A stretch of DNA of 64,000 nucleotides from an uncultured bacterium (GTDB lineage: Bacteria; Patescibacteriota; Minisyncoccia; UBA6257; 2-01-FULL-56-20): NCBI GenBank assembly GCA_963807165.1, contig CAWDZM010000001.1:353521-417520 (forward strand). The letters are read 5' to 3'. Of this stretch, positions 40,236 to 49,286 are shown piece after piece. How positions within the stretch are numbered: position 1 is the stretch's first letter; each line of letters begins with the position of its first letter. Made by a program: the position numbers and the translations under genes. The notes beneath the pieces were generated by a model. That model saw only the letters and a program-made list of their open reading frames with translations. It made no database searches and was not told the DNA's origin.

Positions 40236-41345
40236 TTATTGAAGAGTAAAATCGTTTGTATTATTGTCCGTATCCACCATCATGCCGTCCGACGATCGGC
40301 GCGAGAGCAATTGATTCGCGCCGGGACTCGTCGGATACGGAGGACCTTCGCCGTATTGGCTGGTGCCGGTCCCCCACGCAACCGCGTCAACAATATTCCC
40401 CGTTGCATCCATAAGTGCCACGCTGTTATCCACCGCCAAGGTCTCCGTACTCGACACGTTTGCGGCCACCGTTTCAGAAAATCCTCCAGTGGAATTCGCC
40501 CACACAAAGAATTGTCCTGCGTCGATCGTGCTACCAGCAGGAAATTCCTTTAATGAATAGTCCGTTCCCGTCTCCGATTTTTTGTGAAGCTTCCATCCGC
40601 TTACATCAATCGCCGCCGCGGTGGGGTTGTAGAGCTTCACAAGATCATTACTTGAGGATGCACCACCGATCTGCACCGCGGCGATAAGAATGTGACCCAC
40701 GACAGCACCAGCGACGTCTGTCGGCGTGGTTGTCGGCGTTAGCGCGGCGGTGGAAGTGGCCGACGTCGCATCATCAACAGAGGCGACGTCGGTGCTACTA
40801 GCCTCCGCCGGCAACGAGGATGACGCAGAAGATGAAACATTTACATCGGGATTTTGTGCTGCAACGCTCGGCGGTATGGGGTTGGTGTTATTTGGAATCG
40901 CGATAGATATTGGCACACTCGTTGCAACACTTGAAGTAATTGCGTTCTTTGCAATAACACTGATCGTAGCGGACGCCACCGGTGCGGTGGTACTCACGGA
41001 TTTAGTTATTGGCACACTGCTTGTCTGCGCAATCGCCACGACAGATTGCGCTGTCGGCGGCGTAGCAGTAGATACCGCAATATTATTTTTCTTTTGCACC
41101 GCCTTTTTGGGTGTGGATGCCGCTGGCACAACCGATGCATCTGGAGTAGAAGTTGGCGTATCGACGTCCGACCCATCATCAAGCGCCAACGACGATGACG
41201 CGTCATCCACAATGGCATCGGATTGCGGAGTACTGATGCCGATCATATTATTTATTTCCATCGGATAGCAATAATACGCAACGCCTGCGCCAACAATGAT
41301 AACGACCGCGATAAAACCTACATTGAAATATTTTTTATTGTTCAT
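40236..41345 (-). CDS. Membrane-anchored protein with a Ser/Thr linker and a C-terminal lamin-tail domain
   Basis: ILIAAVQIGG..DLVKLYNPT..IDVSGWKL..IVDAVAWG..DTDNNTNDF. Confidence 0.8.
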   Translation of the reverse strand: MNNKKYFNVGFIAVVIIVGAGVAYYCYPMEINNMIGISTPQSDAIVDDASSSLALDDGSDVDTPTSTPDASVVPAASTPKKAVQKKNNIAVSTATPPTAQSVVAIAQTSSVPITKSVSTTAPVASATISVIAKNAITSSVATSVPISIAIPNNTNPIPPSVAAQNPDVNVSSSASSSLPAEASSTDVASVDDATSATSTAALTPTTTPTDVAGAVVGHILIAAVQIGGASSSNDLVKLYNPTAAAIDVSGWKLHKKSETGTDYSLKEFPAGSTIDAGQFFVWANSTGGFSETVAANVSSTETLAVDNSVALMDATGNIVDAVAWGTGTSQYGEGPPYPTSPGANQLLSRRSSDGMMVDTDNNTNDFTLQ

Positions 41346-41448
41346 GAAAATAACGTACCACAAAGGGCATTAAAACAATCTTAAAAAGAGATCGAAAATC
41401 TCACCCAGAATTAATCTTCTTTTAATGTCATCCTTGTATGCTCTATAA

Positions 41449-41910
41449 ATGTCGATAAAAGAAAAATTATGGCGCATTCATGAACGACAGATAAGACGAA
41501 CAAAACCCGAAGCATATATTTCGATCATTAAAATACGGCTGGCAAAAATCACAAAGAGAACCCGACAGGCGCTACATTGCCACCAAAGAAAAATCTATAT
41601 ACAAACCCGTGCGCTAAAACATCTCTACGACAAAAAGCCCGCAGAGGAGTTTGATTTTCTGATCGATCACCTAGAAACTATCATTCGAAATCCGGAGCTT
41701 TTATACAAGAATAAAAATAACAAAACCGGTGATTTCTGTATTACAAAAAAGATCGATGACCACCGATATATCGTCATTATTGAAGTGGTAAACAGACAAA
41801 CCGCACAAGAAGAAATTTTCATCGTCACCGCCTTCCGCATACGGGACGAAAAATATCTAAGAAATTACGATCTCTTACGGAGCTGGAGGGACGGCGCCCG
41901 CTCATCGTAA
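41449..41910 (+). CDS. Basic RelE/PBECR-like (BECR-fold) putative ribonuclease
   Basis: LKHLYDK, IIRNPELLY, beta-rich YIVIIEV and IFIVTAF layout typical of BECR-fold nucleases. Confidence 0.6.
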   Translation: MSIKEKLWRIHERQIRRTKPEAYISIIKIRLAKITKRTRQALHCHQRKIYIQTRALKHLYDKKPAEEFDFLIDHLETIIRNPELLYKNKNNKTGDFCITKKIDDHRYIVIIEVVNRQTAQEEIFIVTAFRIRDEKYLRNYDLLRSWRDGARSS

Positions 41911-42025
41911 CGTGACAGCGCCGGTAACCCGGCGGAATCACGACCTGCAGTAGAGCCGAAAGATAGCAATAGCCATCTTGGGAAATCTTGTTTCCCTTTT
42001 CTGCGTTTTCAACTCCGCAAGAGAT
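41870..42025. ncRNA. Putative structured RNA overlapping the 3' end of the nuclease gene
   Basis: Closing stem 41870-41885/42010-42025 plus internal hairpins; minus-strand promoter-like boxes at 42040-42081. Confidence 0.5.
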
Positions 42026-42148
42026 TGCAACTTCTTTTCTTTATACTATCTCAATTTTATCTAGTCATATATTTTAGTCAAATTTCTTTTAATGATTTTT
42101 TAATAAATCGCACACGATGCGGATTATTTGATATAATAAAGGGACGTC

Positions 42149-42778
42149 ATGAACCTCAAGACCATCCTCATCACCACGTCCTGCGTCGCAGTCGTATTCT
42201 GCCTCATTACATTTTACGTGGTGTTCTATGGCGGCAGTGGCACGTACGTGGTCAGCTCGTCGCTCGGGCCGAACGCGGGGATTTTTGCCACGAGCACCGC
42301 GCCGACCAATACAACGCCGAGTTCCACCGCATCATCCACGCTCGTCTTTGCATCATCGTCCATTGACTCCAGCACGTCATCCCCCACCCAGATCGGCGCG
42401 CCAGCCGTCACGTGGATAGAGGGCGGCGAAACACTTTCCGCCACTGGCGCCACATTGTCCGGCACACAGCTGACGCTCGAGGTGCAGGTCGCGATGGGAT
42501 CCGCTGGCGAGTGCGTGCCGCTCAACCTGCGCATGATCGCGGATGAACAGGGCGACCTTTCGCCGCCGATCACGCCGCAATTCACCTTCCCCGACACCGG
42601 CACCTGCAACGGCACCGCCGGCGAAACATACAGCGCCCAGCCGATCGTCTTCACGCTCTCTTCGCCCGTCGCGTTCCCCATCATCTTCACGACCGGCGGC
42701 ACAGCGAACATCCTCTTTGAGGTCGCGCAAAACGCGGATGGAAGTCTGACTGTGCAGCTACCGCCGAACTCGGATTAA
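42149..42778 (+). CDS. Membrane-anchored exported hypothetical protein
   Basis: N-terminal TM helix, Ser/Thr linker, beta-rich domain with 2 Cys; TGATATAAT upstream. Confidence 0.65.
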   Translation: MNLKTILITTSCVAVVFCLITFYVVFYGGSGTYVVSSSLGPNAGIFATSTAPTNTTPSSTASSTLVFASSSIDSSTSSPTQIGAPAVTWIEGGETLSATGATLSGTQLTLEVQVAMGSAGECVPLNLRMIADEQGDLSPPITPQFTFPDTGTCNGTAGETYSAQPIVFTLSSPVAFPIIFTTGGTANILFEVAQNADGSLTVQLPPNSD

Positions 42779-42838
42779 AAAATGGTTAAAAGGCGGCTAT
42801 TGAAAATAGCCCGTTATCTGTTAGAATAGTATTCGTAT

Positions 42839-42910
42839 TCCGCGATAGCTCAATGGTAGAGCGGCGCCCTGTTAAGGCGATGGTTCCAGGTTCGAGTCCT
42901 GGTCGCGGAG
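42839..42910 (+). tRNA. tRNA-Asn(GTT)
   Basis: TCCGCGA/TCGCGGA acceptor, GCTCAATGGTAGAGC D arm, CTGTTAA loop, CCAGG-TTCGAGT-CCTGG T arm; CCA not encoded. Confidence 0.95.
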
Positions 42911-43052
42911 CAGTCTAGTTTTAGTATCGGACAGACCGAGAGGCATCGATTTTTGCTATCTTTTTTGAAGCCAAAAGTTCGAGTCCTACTCCCATAGTCT
43001 CTAGGACACCGAACTTATGATGGTTTTCTTCTCCAAATGGTAGAATACAACC

Positions 43053-44090
43053 ATGGATTTCGTTAAGCTCAACAAACTTAAAAAAGGCGACAAGATTGCT
43101 ATTCTCTCTCCTTCTTTTGCTGCGCCAGGGAAATGGCCTTGGGTATATGAATTGGGATTGAAACGCCTGCGCGAAGTCTTTGAATTAGAGCCGGTGGAAT
43201 TTTCCGTTACAAAAAAGATAGGCGCTTCAAAAGAAGAGCGATCCAAAGATTTGATTGATGCGTTTGAAAATAAAGAGATAAAGGCGGTCATCGCATCGCT
43301 CGGCGGCGATGATCAAATAACCTATATTAAAAATCTTCCTGTTACGCCATTCATCAATAACCCGAAGCCATTCTTTGGATTCAGCGATAATACCCATTTT
43401 GAAAACTTCCTATGGCTCCATGGCATTCCTTCGTATTATGGCGGATCACTCTTTACCGAATTTGCGATGCAGAAACGGATGGATCCGTATACGATCGAAT
43501 ATCTCAAACATGCATTATTTAACGAAGGAGAGTTCGAATTGAAATCAAGCGATACCTATAACGATATGGGGCTTGATTGGAACGATCCAGAGAACCTCGA
43601 CAAAGAGCGTATCTACGAAAAGAATGATGGATGGTTCTGGGATGGGACGCAAAACGCCGAAGGGATCACGTGGGGTGGATGCGTTGAATCCATTGACGAG
43701 CTTCTGCGACACGGGGTTCAGATCCCATCGCTTCAGGATTTCGAGAATGTAGTGCTTTTTACAGAAAGCTCCGAAGAGATTCCTTCCGCAGATTATGTCT
43801 ATCGCGTATATCGTGCTCTTGGCGAACGCGGAATATTGCAGCACGTGAAAGCCGTACTGACCGGTCGTCCGAAAGCATGGGAATTTGGAAAAGAACGCAA
43901 CGTGGAGGAAAAAAGTATGTACAGAAAATCACAGAGAGAAGCGATTACAAAAGCAGTGAAGCAATATAACCAATCGATTCCAATTATTCACAATATCGAT
44001 ATTGGGCATACCGCGCCGCAGATTCCCCTGCCGAATGGAAGACGAATACGGATCAATATGAAGGATGAGGAAATCTTTGTGGATTTCTAA
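43053..44090 (+). CDS. S66 family LD-carboxypeptidase / MccF-like peptidase
   Basis: LKKGDKIAILSPS, SLGGDD, PFFGFSDNT, LFTESSEE, DIGHTAPQ. Confidence 0.9.
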   Translation: MDFVKLNKLKKGDKIAILSPSFAAPGKWPWVYELGLKRLREVFELEPVEFSVTKKIGASKEERSKDLIDAFENKEIKAVIASLGGDDQITYIKNLPVTPFINNPKPFFGFSDNTHFENFLWLHGIPSYYGGSLFTEFAMQKRMDPYTIEYLKHALFNEGEFELKSSDTYNDMGLDWNDPENLDKERIYEKNDGWFWDGTQNAEGITWGGCVESIDELLRHGVQIPSLQDFENVVLFTESSEEIPSADYVYRVYRALGERGILQHVKAVLTGRPKAWEFGKERNVEEKSMYRKSQREAITKAVKQYNQSIPIIHNIDIGHTAPQIPLPNGRRIRINMKDEEIFVDF

Positions 44091-44099
44091 AATTAAACA

Positions 44100-44819
44100 A
44101 TGACAAAAAAGAAAAAAAGCCCAATATCGGTCCTTTTTATCGGAAATAGTTTTAGCTACTATCATAGTTTGCCAAAACTGATAGCTCGTTTCGCCAGCAC
44201 ATCAGGTTCGGGTGATCTTTTTGTGGATGGTGTTTTTCGCGGAGGTGCAACCCTTAAAATGCTCTAGGACGATGGCCAAGCGCTTAAAAAACTCCAAAGC
44301 AGAAAATGGGATTACGTTGTCCTTCAAGAGCGAGGGCGGCTGGGAGGTATCATTAAAAATGGCGTAGTTCATGTGGGAAAACCTCAGGAGTTTGCCAGAT
44401 ACGCAAGTCAATTTAATAAGGAAGCAAAGAAGAGCGGAGCAAAAACAATTCTCTATTGTCCTCCTTCATTTATTGGCATCGGCCTTCTTAAGGATGCGAA
44501 GAAACTAAATACACTGTATGCAACGGTAGCCAAAAGATTGCATGCTCAAATGATCTCCACTGAACCTGCCTTTACGCTCGCCATGAAAGAGCGACCTGAT
44601 ATAAGTTTGTTTGAGCGCGATGGACATCATCCAAATTCTGCAGGAATCTATCTCATCGCCAATTTGTTTTATAGAAAGCTGTTTCGGAAAAAGATATCCG
44701 ATCTCCCCTTAGAATCGTACTCGTCTAAATCGCAACATCTTCCTAAAAATCCCAAAGTAGTGAAATTATCCGACAGAGATGCTCGGCTTCTGTGGTCAAT
44801 CGCTAATCGGATGAAGTGA
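44100..44819 (+). pseudogene. SGNH/DUF4886-like hydrolase interrupted by an in-frame TAG (44265-44267)
   Basis: VLFIGNSFSY...GGATLKML*DDG...KWDYVVLQE...DGHHPN in a single frame. Confidence 0.8.
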
Positions 44820-45011
44820 TTGTTTAAAGACAACTTAACCTTAATATAAAACTCGACCCCACCAAGACTCGAACCGGATTTTCAATAAAATCGAAAACAA
44901 AAAGTGAGGTTTTTCAACACTTTTTTGAAACTAGTTCGAGTATCAGTGCAGGAGCAGCTTAAATCGTCAAGTCGAGTGCATCCGCCGATGTGGTATAATT
45001 TAGAAAACGTT

Positions 45012-45434
45012 ATGCTTTCCAAATTAAAGCATTGGCTTAACGAGGAGGAATCACTAACAGTCAAGCAAAGAATTGGGTATACATTTCTTTATCCGGTTTG
45101 TTTTGTCATAATTATGTTCGGATTGGCGATCGGACATATAGCTCTTGATTTTATCGGAAGCGCTATAGCTACGCAGATCGTTCAATCTTCATATCCCACT
45201 AGTCCGTCCTGGGCAGTTGGCCTAGAAAACTTTTTTAACGCTGATTTTTGGGGTGGCCCAGTCAGCACGAATATGGAGAACATACTTACTATTTTTGTGC
45301 CGCTCTGTATTCTAGCGTATTCTATAATCGTTTTATGGGTATGGAAGTCTTTGAAAAAATCTGGCATTGTTGCACTGTTATTTATTCCTGACGTTATAAT
45401 TTATTTGATCGTTGCGGTCATCGGAATGCGGTAG
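45012..45434 (+). CDS. Hypothetical membrane protein
   Basis: TGTGGTATAAT just upstream; 3 TM helices. Confidence 0.65.
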   Translation: MLSKLKHWLNEEESLTVKQRIGYTFLYPVCFVIIMFGLAIGHIALDFIGSAIATQIVQSSYPTSPSWAVGLENFFNADFWGGPVSTNMENILTIFVPLCILAYSIIVLWVWKSLKKSGIVALLFIPDVIIYLIVAVIGMR

Positions 45435-45599
45435 GTAATCCCTCCACCAGGTTCGAACACTTTCCACGATTCGGAGCATCGAAGGATGAGCGGGGCGAGA
45501 AGCCCGGTTTTTCTTTTTGTTTACTGTCCCAGCACTGAAATTCCAAGTCGCGAAGCCAAGGCGCCTTGTATTTTCTTCTCATGGTAATATCATTAAGTT

Positions 45600-46352
45600 A
45601 TGAATAGTCAACCGCTATCAAAAAAAGCTGTCGTCCTTTTTTCTATTTTATATCCGATTGCTTATATCGGGGGAGGATTAATATTTTTAATAATAAGCAT
45701 AATTCTTTCTGATAATGTGGCTCTCTCCAATACTTTTCCCATAGTAGTCATGGATGTTTTGTATGGGGGTGAATTACCTCCTAATGGAGTGAATGTCCCC
45801 GCATTTTTCCCATTGGCTTTCATTGCAATTATTGTTATTTGCATAATCGTATTGTGGATAAAAAAATCATGGATCAAATCATTGATTCCTTTGATTTTTA
45901 TTATACCTTTGGTTTTTTTTGCTTTTACTCAAATGTCAGCTTGGGATAAGCAAAATACTGAAATCAGCATGGCGAAAAGCGCAGCTGCTGAAAACGATGC
46001 TGTTCTTCAGTCAATTAATTCCAAAGAGATTTTTTACTGCGGCAGCAACCAAGCATATATTCAGTTTGAAGGCGGTCCTCTAAATAATGCTTATGCCATG
46101 TACGCTGTTTATAACGAATGGACTTCGGGTAATGGTAAGATAGTGGCGAAAGTTTTGCTTGCGGAACTTTTAGCCAACGGTACCGACTATTATATTTTCA
46201 CCCATAATTCTGAACAATATATAAATTATAAGAATATTAACCCGACTAACGCAGATTATTCGTCAAAGCTTGATTCCTGCGTTGATGCGCATGGTAAAAC
46301 TTTCTCACAATTGTATAATCGTGTCCAAAACTTACCAAATGACCAAGCCTAA
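45600..46352 (+). CDS. Hypothetical membrane protein with an extracytoplasmic C-domain
   Basis: 3 TM helices followed by a soluble domain; AT-rich. Confidence 0.65.
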   Translation: MNSQPLSKKAVVLFSILYPIAYIGGGLIFLIISIILSDNVALSNTFPIVVMDVLYGGELPPNGVNVPAFFPLAFIAIIVICIIVLWIKKSWIKSLIPLIFIIPLVFFAFTQMSAWDKQNTEISMAKSAAAENDAVLQSINSKEIFYCGSNQAYIQFEGGPLNNAYAMYAVYNEWTSGNGKIVAKVLLAELLANGTDYYIFTHNSEQYINYKNINPTNADYSSKLDSCVDAHGKTFSQLYNRVQNLPNDQA

Positions 46353-46499
46353 TCAGGGTATGAGACCTATTCTTATTTCGTCATTAAATAGGTTCGCACA
46401 GCCAACAACGGGAGTAACTTTCAAAGCTACTTTGACAAGGCTTTTGTGAACTATTATAATCGCACATAGTTTCAAAATATCTGAAAGGGGCGTATCGCC

Positions 46500-46739
46500 A
46501 TGACTTGCAGATCTGCTTCCCCTCTCCCGCTAGCACACACTATCACCCCAACCCGAAGGATCAACCATGGGGAGAATCTTGTTCACGCTCTTCATCAAGG
46601 ATTTCCGTTATGCGGATTTACGCAAGCGTTTCCACGCGACTGGCCGGACGGAAATATTTGGACGGGAATCAGCGATCTCGGACACATCACGTGCCCGTCA
46701 TGCAAACAGAAAGCTGAGGCCTTTACAAAGAAAGTATGA
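46500..46739 (+). CDS. Small putative zinc-binding protein
   Basis: VHAL..LCG..ITCPSC; AAGGGG RBS; TTGACA-N17-TATAAT upstream (46433-46460 region). Confidence 0.45.
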   Translation: MTCRSASPLPLAHTITPTRRINHGENLVHALHQGFPLCGFTQAFPRDWPDGNIWTGISDLGHITCPSCKQKAEAFTKKV

Positions 46740-46874
46740 CCGAGGACCCCATCCTCAAGGCCCGGCGACGATTCAAACGCTTACTATGGAGACGCCAATA
46801 CGGGGGAATGTTTCCTGAATGGCGTTTTGCACGTAACCTCTGTCAGTAGGGGTGCAATCTGGTATATCGTCGAC

Positions 46875-47297
46875 ATGGATGCCCTAAGAAACGCTGACGA
46901 GTTGATGGCGCTGAATCACTTTGCCCACTATCAGACTGGGACGGTGGCGGGAATCGGCGGGACACTACCCGCGCTCCTGCGGTCGGAGATCTCTCTTTCT
47001 GCGAATTTTGGCCAAGGGATGGGTGTACGTATGAGCGGAAATACCGTTCAAATCGGCGATGCAACGCTCGTGTTACGGGTGAAGACAAACGATGGAATAT
47101 ATACCATCCAAGCGCTTGGAAGCGACGGGAAAGAACGACGGCAGTCAATCGTCGGCCTTGCCTCTGCCATCACCAACGGCACCAAGGTCAGCTTCCCTGT
47201 CGATCTCCACATCTTCAAGCAATCGGAGCCAAATCCAATTTTTTCTTCGAGCAAAATCGGCCGTATGGACGCCGAAGATATCGAGGTATTGAATTAG
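46875..47297 (+). CDS. Hypothetical protein
   Basis: ORF with a TGGTATATC extended -10-like box just upstream. Confidence 0.5.
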   Translation: MDALRNADELMALNHFAHYQTGTVAGIGGTLPALLRSEISLSANFGQGMGVRMSGNTVQIGDATLVLRVKTNDGIYTIQALGSDGKERRQSIVGLASAITNGTKVSFPVDLHIFKQSEPNPIFSSSKIGRMDAEDIEVLN

Positions 47298-47386
47298 GAT
47301 CAGGCACAAGTCAAGGCACAAACAATTTTCAAACGTTTGTGCCTTTTTTTAATCTCCTTCCGCCAGAAGGCTCAAGTGATGTAACC

Positions 47387-48298
47387 CTACACCACGGCCC
47401 CGATAGCGATCGTCGCAAACAACGCCACCATAACGATAAGCGAAAGAAAGAACATCTGCCGCGCCCAGCGCTTGTTTGCAGTAACGGCATGGGGAGCGGC
47501 GCCATCGCCATCACCAGGCAAAAAATATCCACGCACGCCGAGTGCAAGCCATGCGATGCCCAACACGAGTGCGATCACAAGATAGACGGGGCCCGCGTAA
47601 CCGAACACAAAGAGTAAGCTAGCGGCGGCGATAAATTCGATGATGTAGATCAGCATACTGAATTTGGTGCGGCGGATGCCATAGCGAACGGGCATCACGG
47701 GGATTTTTGCGGCGGCGTAATCATCCTCGCGCCTAATGGCGATCGCAAAAAAGTGTGGCATCTGCCAGACGAGCATGATCACAAAAAGAATGAGCGCCGC
47801 CACATCGATCTGTCCGCGCGACGCGGCGTATCCCACGACCGGCGGCGTTGCGCCGGCGATCGCGCCAAGAAATGTGCCATACACCGTGCGGCGCTTTCCC
47901 CAGATGGTGTACGCGAAGACGTAGAAGATAAAACCGGTCAGCGCCGCAAGCGTCGCCTGAAGATTGGTGCAGAAAAATAATATAAGGAATCCCGCGGCGC
48001 CGATGACGTACGCAAAAATCAAGGCGTTGCGGACGGACACCGCTCCGTTGATGAGCGCGCGATCCTTCGTGCGATCCATTTTTATATCGATATCCCGGTC
48101 AATACAATTATTAAAGACACATCCCGACGCCATCACGAGCGCGATGCCAACGAGCGTGGCAACGAGCAGCCATAGGTTCACCGCCAGAACTCCACCCGCA
48201 CCCGCGAGCACCCGCGCGCCGAGCAAAAATCCCGCGATCACCGTGATGAGATTTCCAAAGACCAACCCCGACTTCGTAAGCTCGTAATAATATTTCAT
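47387..48298 (-). CDS. cyoE: Protoheme IX farnesyltransferase (heme o synthase)
   Basis: NNCIDRDIDIKMDRTKDR, GAIAGATPP, WQMPHF, DYAAAKIP. Confidence 0.93.
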   Translation of the reverse strand: MKYYYELTKSGLVFGNLITVIAGFLLGARVLAGAGGVLAVNLWLLVATLVGIALVMASGCVFNNCIDRDIDIKMDRTKDRALINGAVSVRNALIFAYVIGAAGFLILFFCTNLQATLAALTGFIFYVFAYTIWGKRRTVYGTFLGAIAGATPPVVGYAASRGQIDVAALILFVIMLVWQMPHFFAIAIRREDDYAAAKIPVMPVRYGIRRTKFSMLIYIIEFIAAASLLFVFGYAGPVYLVIALVLGIAWLALGVRGYFLPGDGDGAAPHAVTANKRWARQMFFLSLIVMVALFATIAIGAVV

Positions 48299-48310
48299 CG
48301 CGCGATAGAA

Positions 48311-48670
48311 CTAAAATCCATCCTGGCTTTGAATGTACGCATTCATATCCGCCGGCGATGCCATCATGTTGTAGTTCAGGTGATCCATGATCCAGATAGA
48401 GCCGATGACAATGATAAGGATGATGCCCACGGTGCCGGCAAAAACGCCCAGCCTCCACCGCGGTCCGGACTCCCCCGCAAGGTGCATGAAGAAAATAAGT
48501 TGAACCAGAAGCTGGATGAGTGCGAGCGCGATCAGGATTCCAATGACGGTGATGCGGGAGATCATTCCATCTCCAAAATGGATATTCATCCACACAAGCC
48601 ATGCCGCAGAAAGCGTCAAAACAAGCGAGAGAACGAATCCGATGATATATGATCTAAGCGTTGCTTTCAT
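48311..48670 (-). CDS. cyoD: Cytochrome bo3 quinol oxidase subunit IV
   Basis: SYIIGFVLSLVLT, QLIFFMHL, GSIWIM. Confidence 0.92.
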   Translation of the reverse strand: MKATLRSYIIGFVLSLVLTLSAAWLVWMNIHFGDGMISRITVIGILIALALIQLLVQLIFFMHLAGESGPRWRLGVFAGTVGIILIIVIGSIWIMDHLNYNMMASPADMNAYIQSQDGF

Positions 48671-48671
48671 A

Positions 48672-49286
48672 TTATTTTATTATTCCCATAAGATAGACCG
48701 TTGTGAAGATAAATATCCAGACAATATCCAAGAAGTGCCAAAAGATGGTGAAGCGGTTGAGCTTTGACATCACCGCAGGCGTAAGGCCGCGGAGTTTGAG
48801 CTGAGCGATCGCAACGACGATCCAGAGCAGGCCTATGGAAATATGCAGACCGTGCGTACTCACGAGTGTAAAGAATGCCGAAAGGAACGCGCTCTTCTGC
48901 CAGCTCGCGCCCATTCCGACAAAGCGCGAAAATTCGCTAAGCTCGAGCGTGAGGAATGTTGCGCCAAGCACAAACGTGGCGGCAAGCCATGCGATCGTTT
49001 GATTCACTTTCCCCCGCTGGGCCGAGATCAACGCCAAGCCGCACGTAAAGCTGGAGGTAAGGAGCACGAGCGTGCTCGCGAGCGCCGTCGGCAAGCTGAA
49101 TAGATCATTGGATGAAGGTCCGCCGAATGTATTCGCCTTGAGAACAAAGTACACCGCGAAGAGCACGCCAAAGATCACAAGGTCGGTCATCAGATAGACC
49201 CAAAAACCAAACATGTGCCTGTCGGCGCGTGCGACTTCCGCAAGCGTCGCGTTTATATCATTTTGCTTCTTTATTATTTTTTCCAT
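48672..49286 (-). CDS. cyoC: Cytochrome bo3 quinol oxidase subunit III
   Basis: FGFWVYLMTD, LSAFFTLVSTHGLH, FWHFLDIVW. Confidence 0.93.
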   Translation of the reverse strand: MEKIIKKQNDINATLAEVARADRHMFGFWVYLMTDLVIFGVLFAVYFVLKANTFGGPSSNDLFSLPTALASTLVLLTSSFTCGLALISAQRGKVNQTIAWLAATFVLGATFLTLELSEFSRFVGMGASWQKSAFLSAFFTLVSTHGLHISIGLLWIVVAIAQLKLRGLTPAVMSKLNRFTIFWHFLDIVWIFIFTTVYLMGIIK

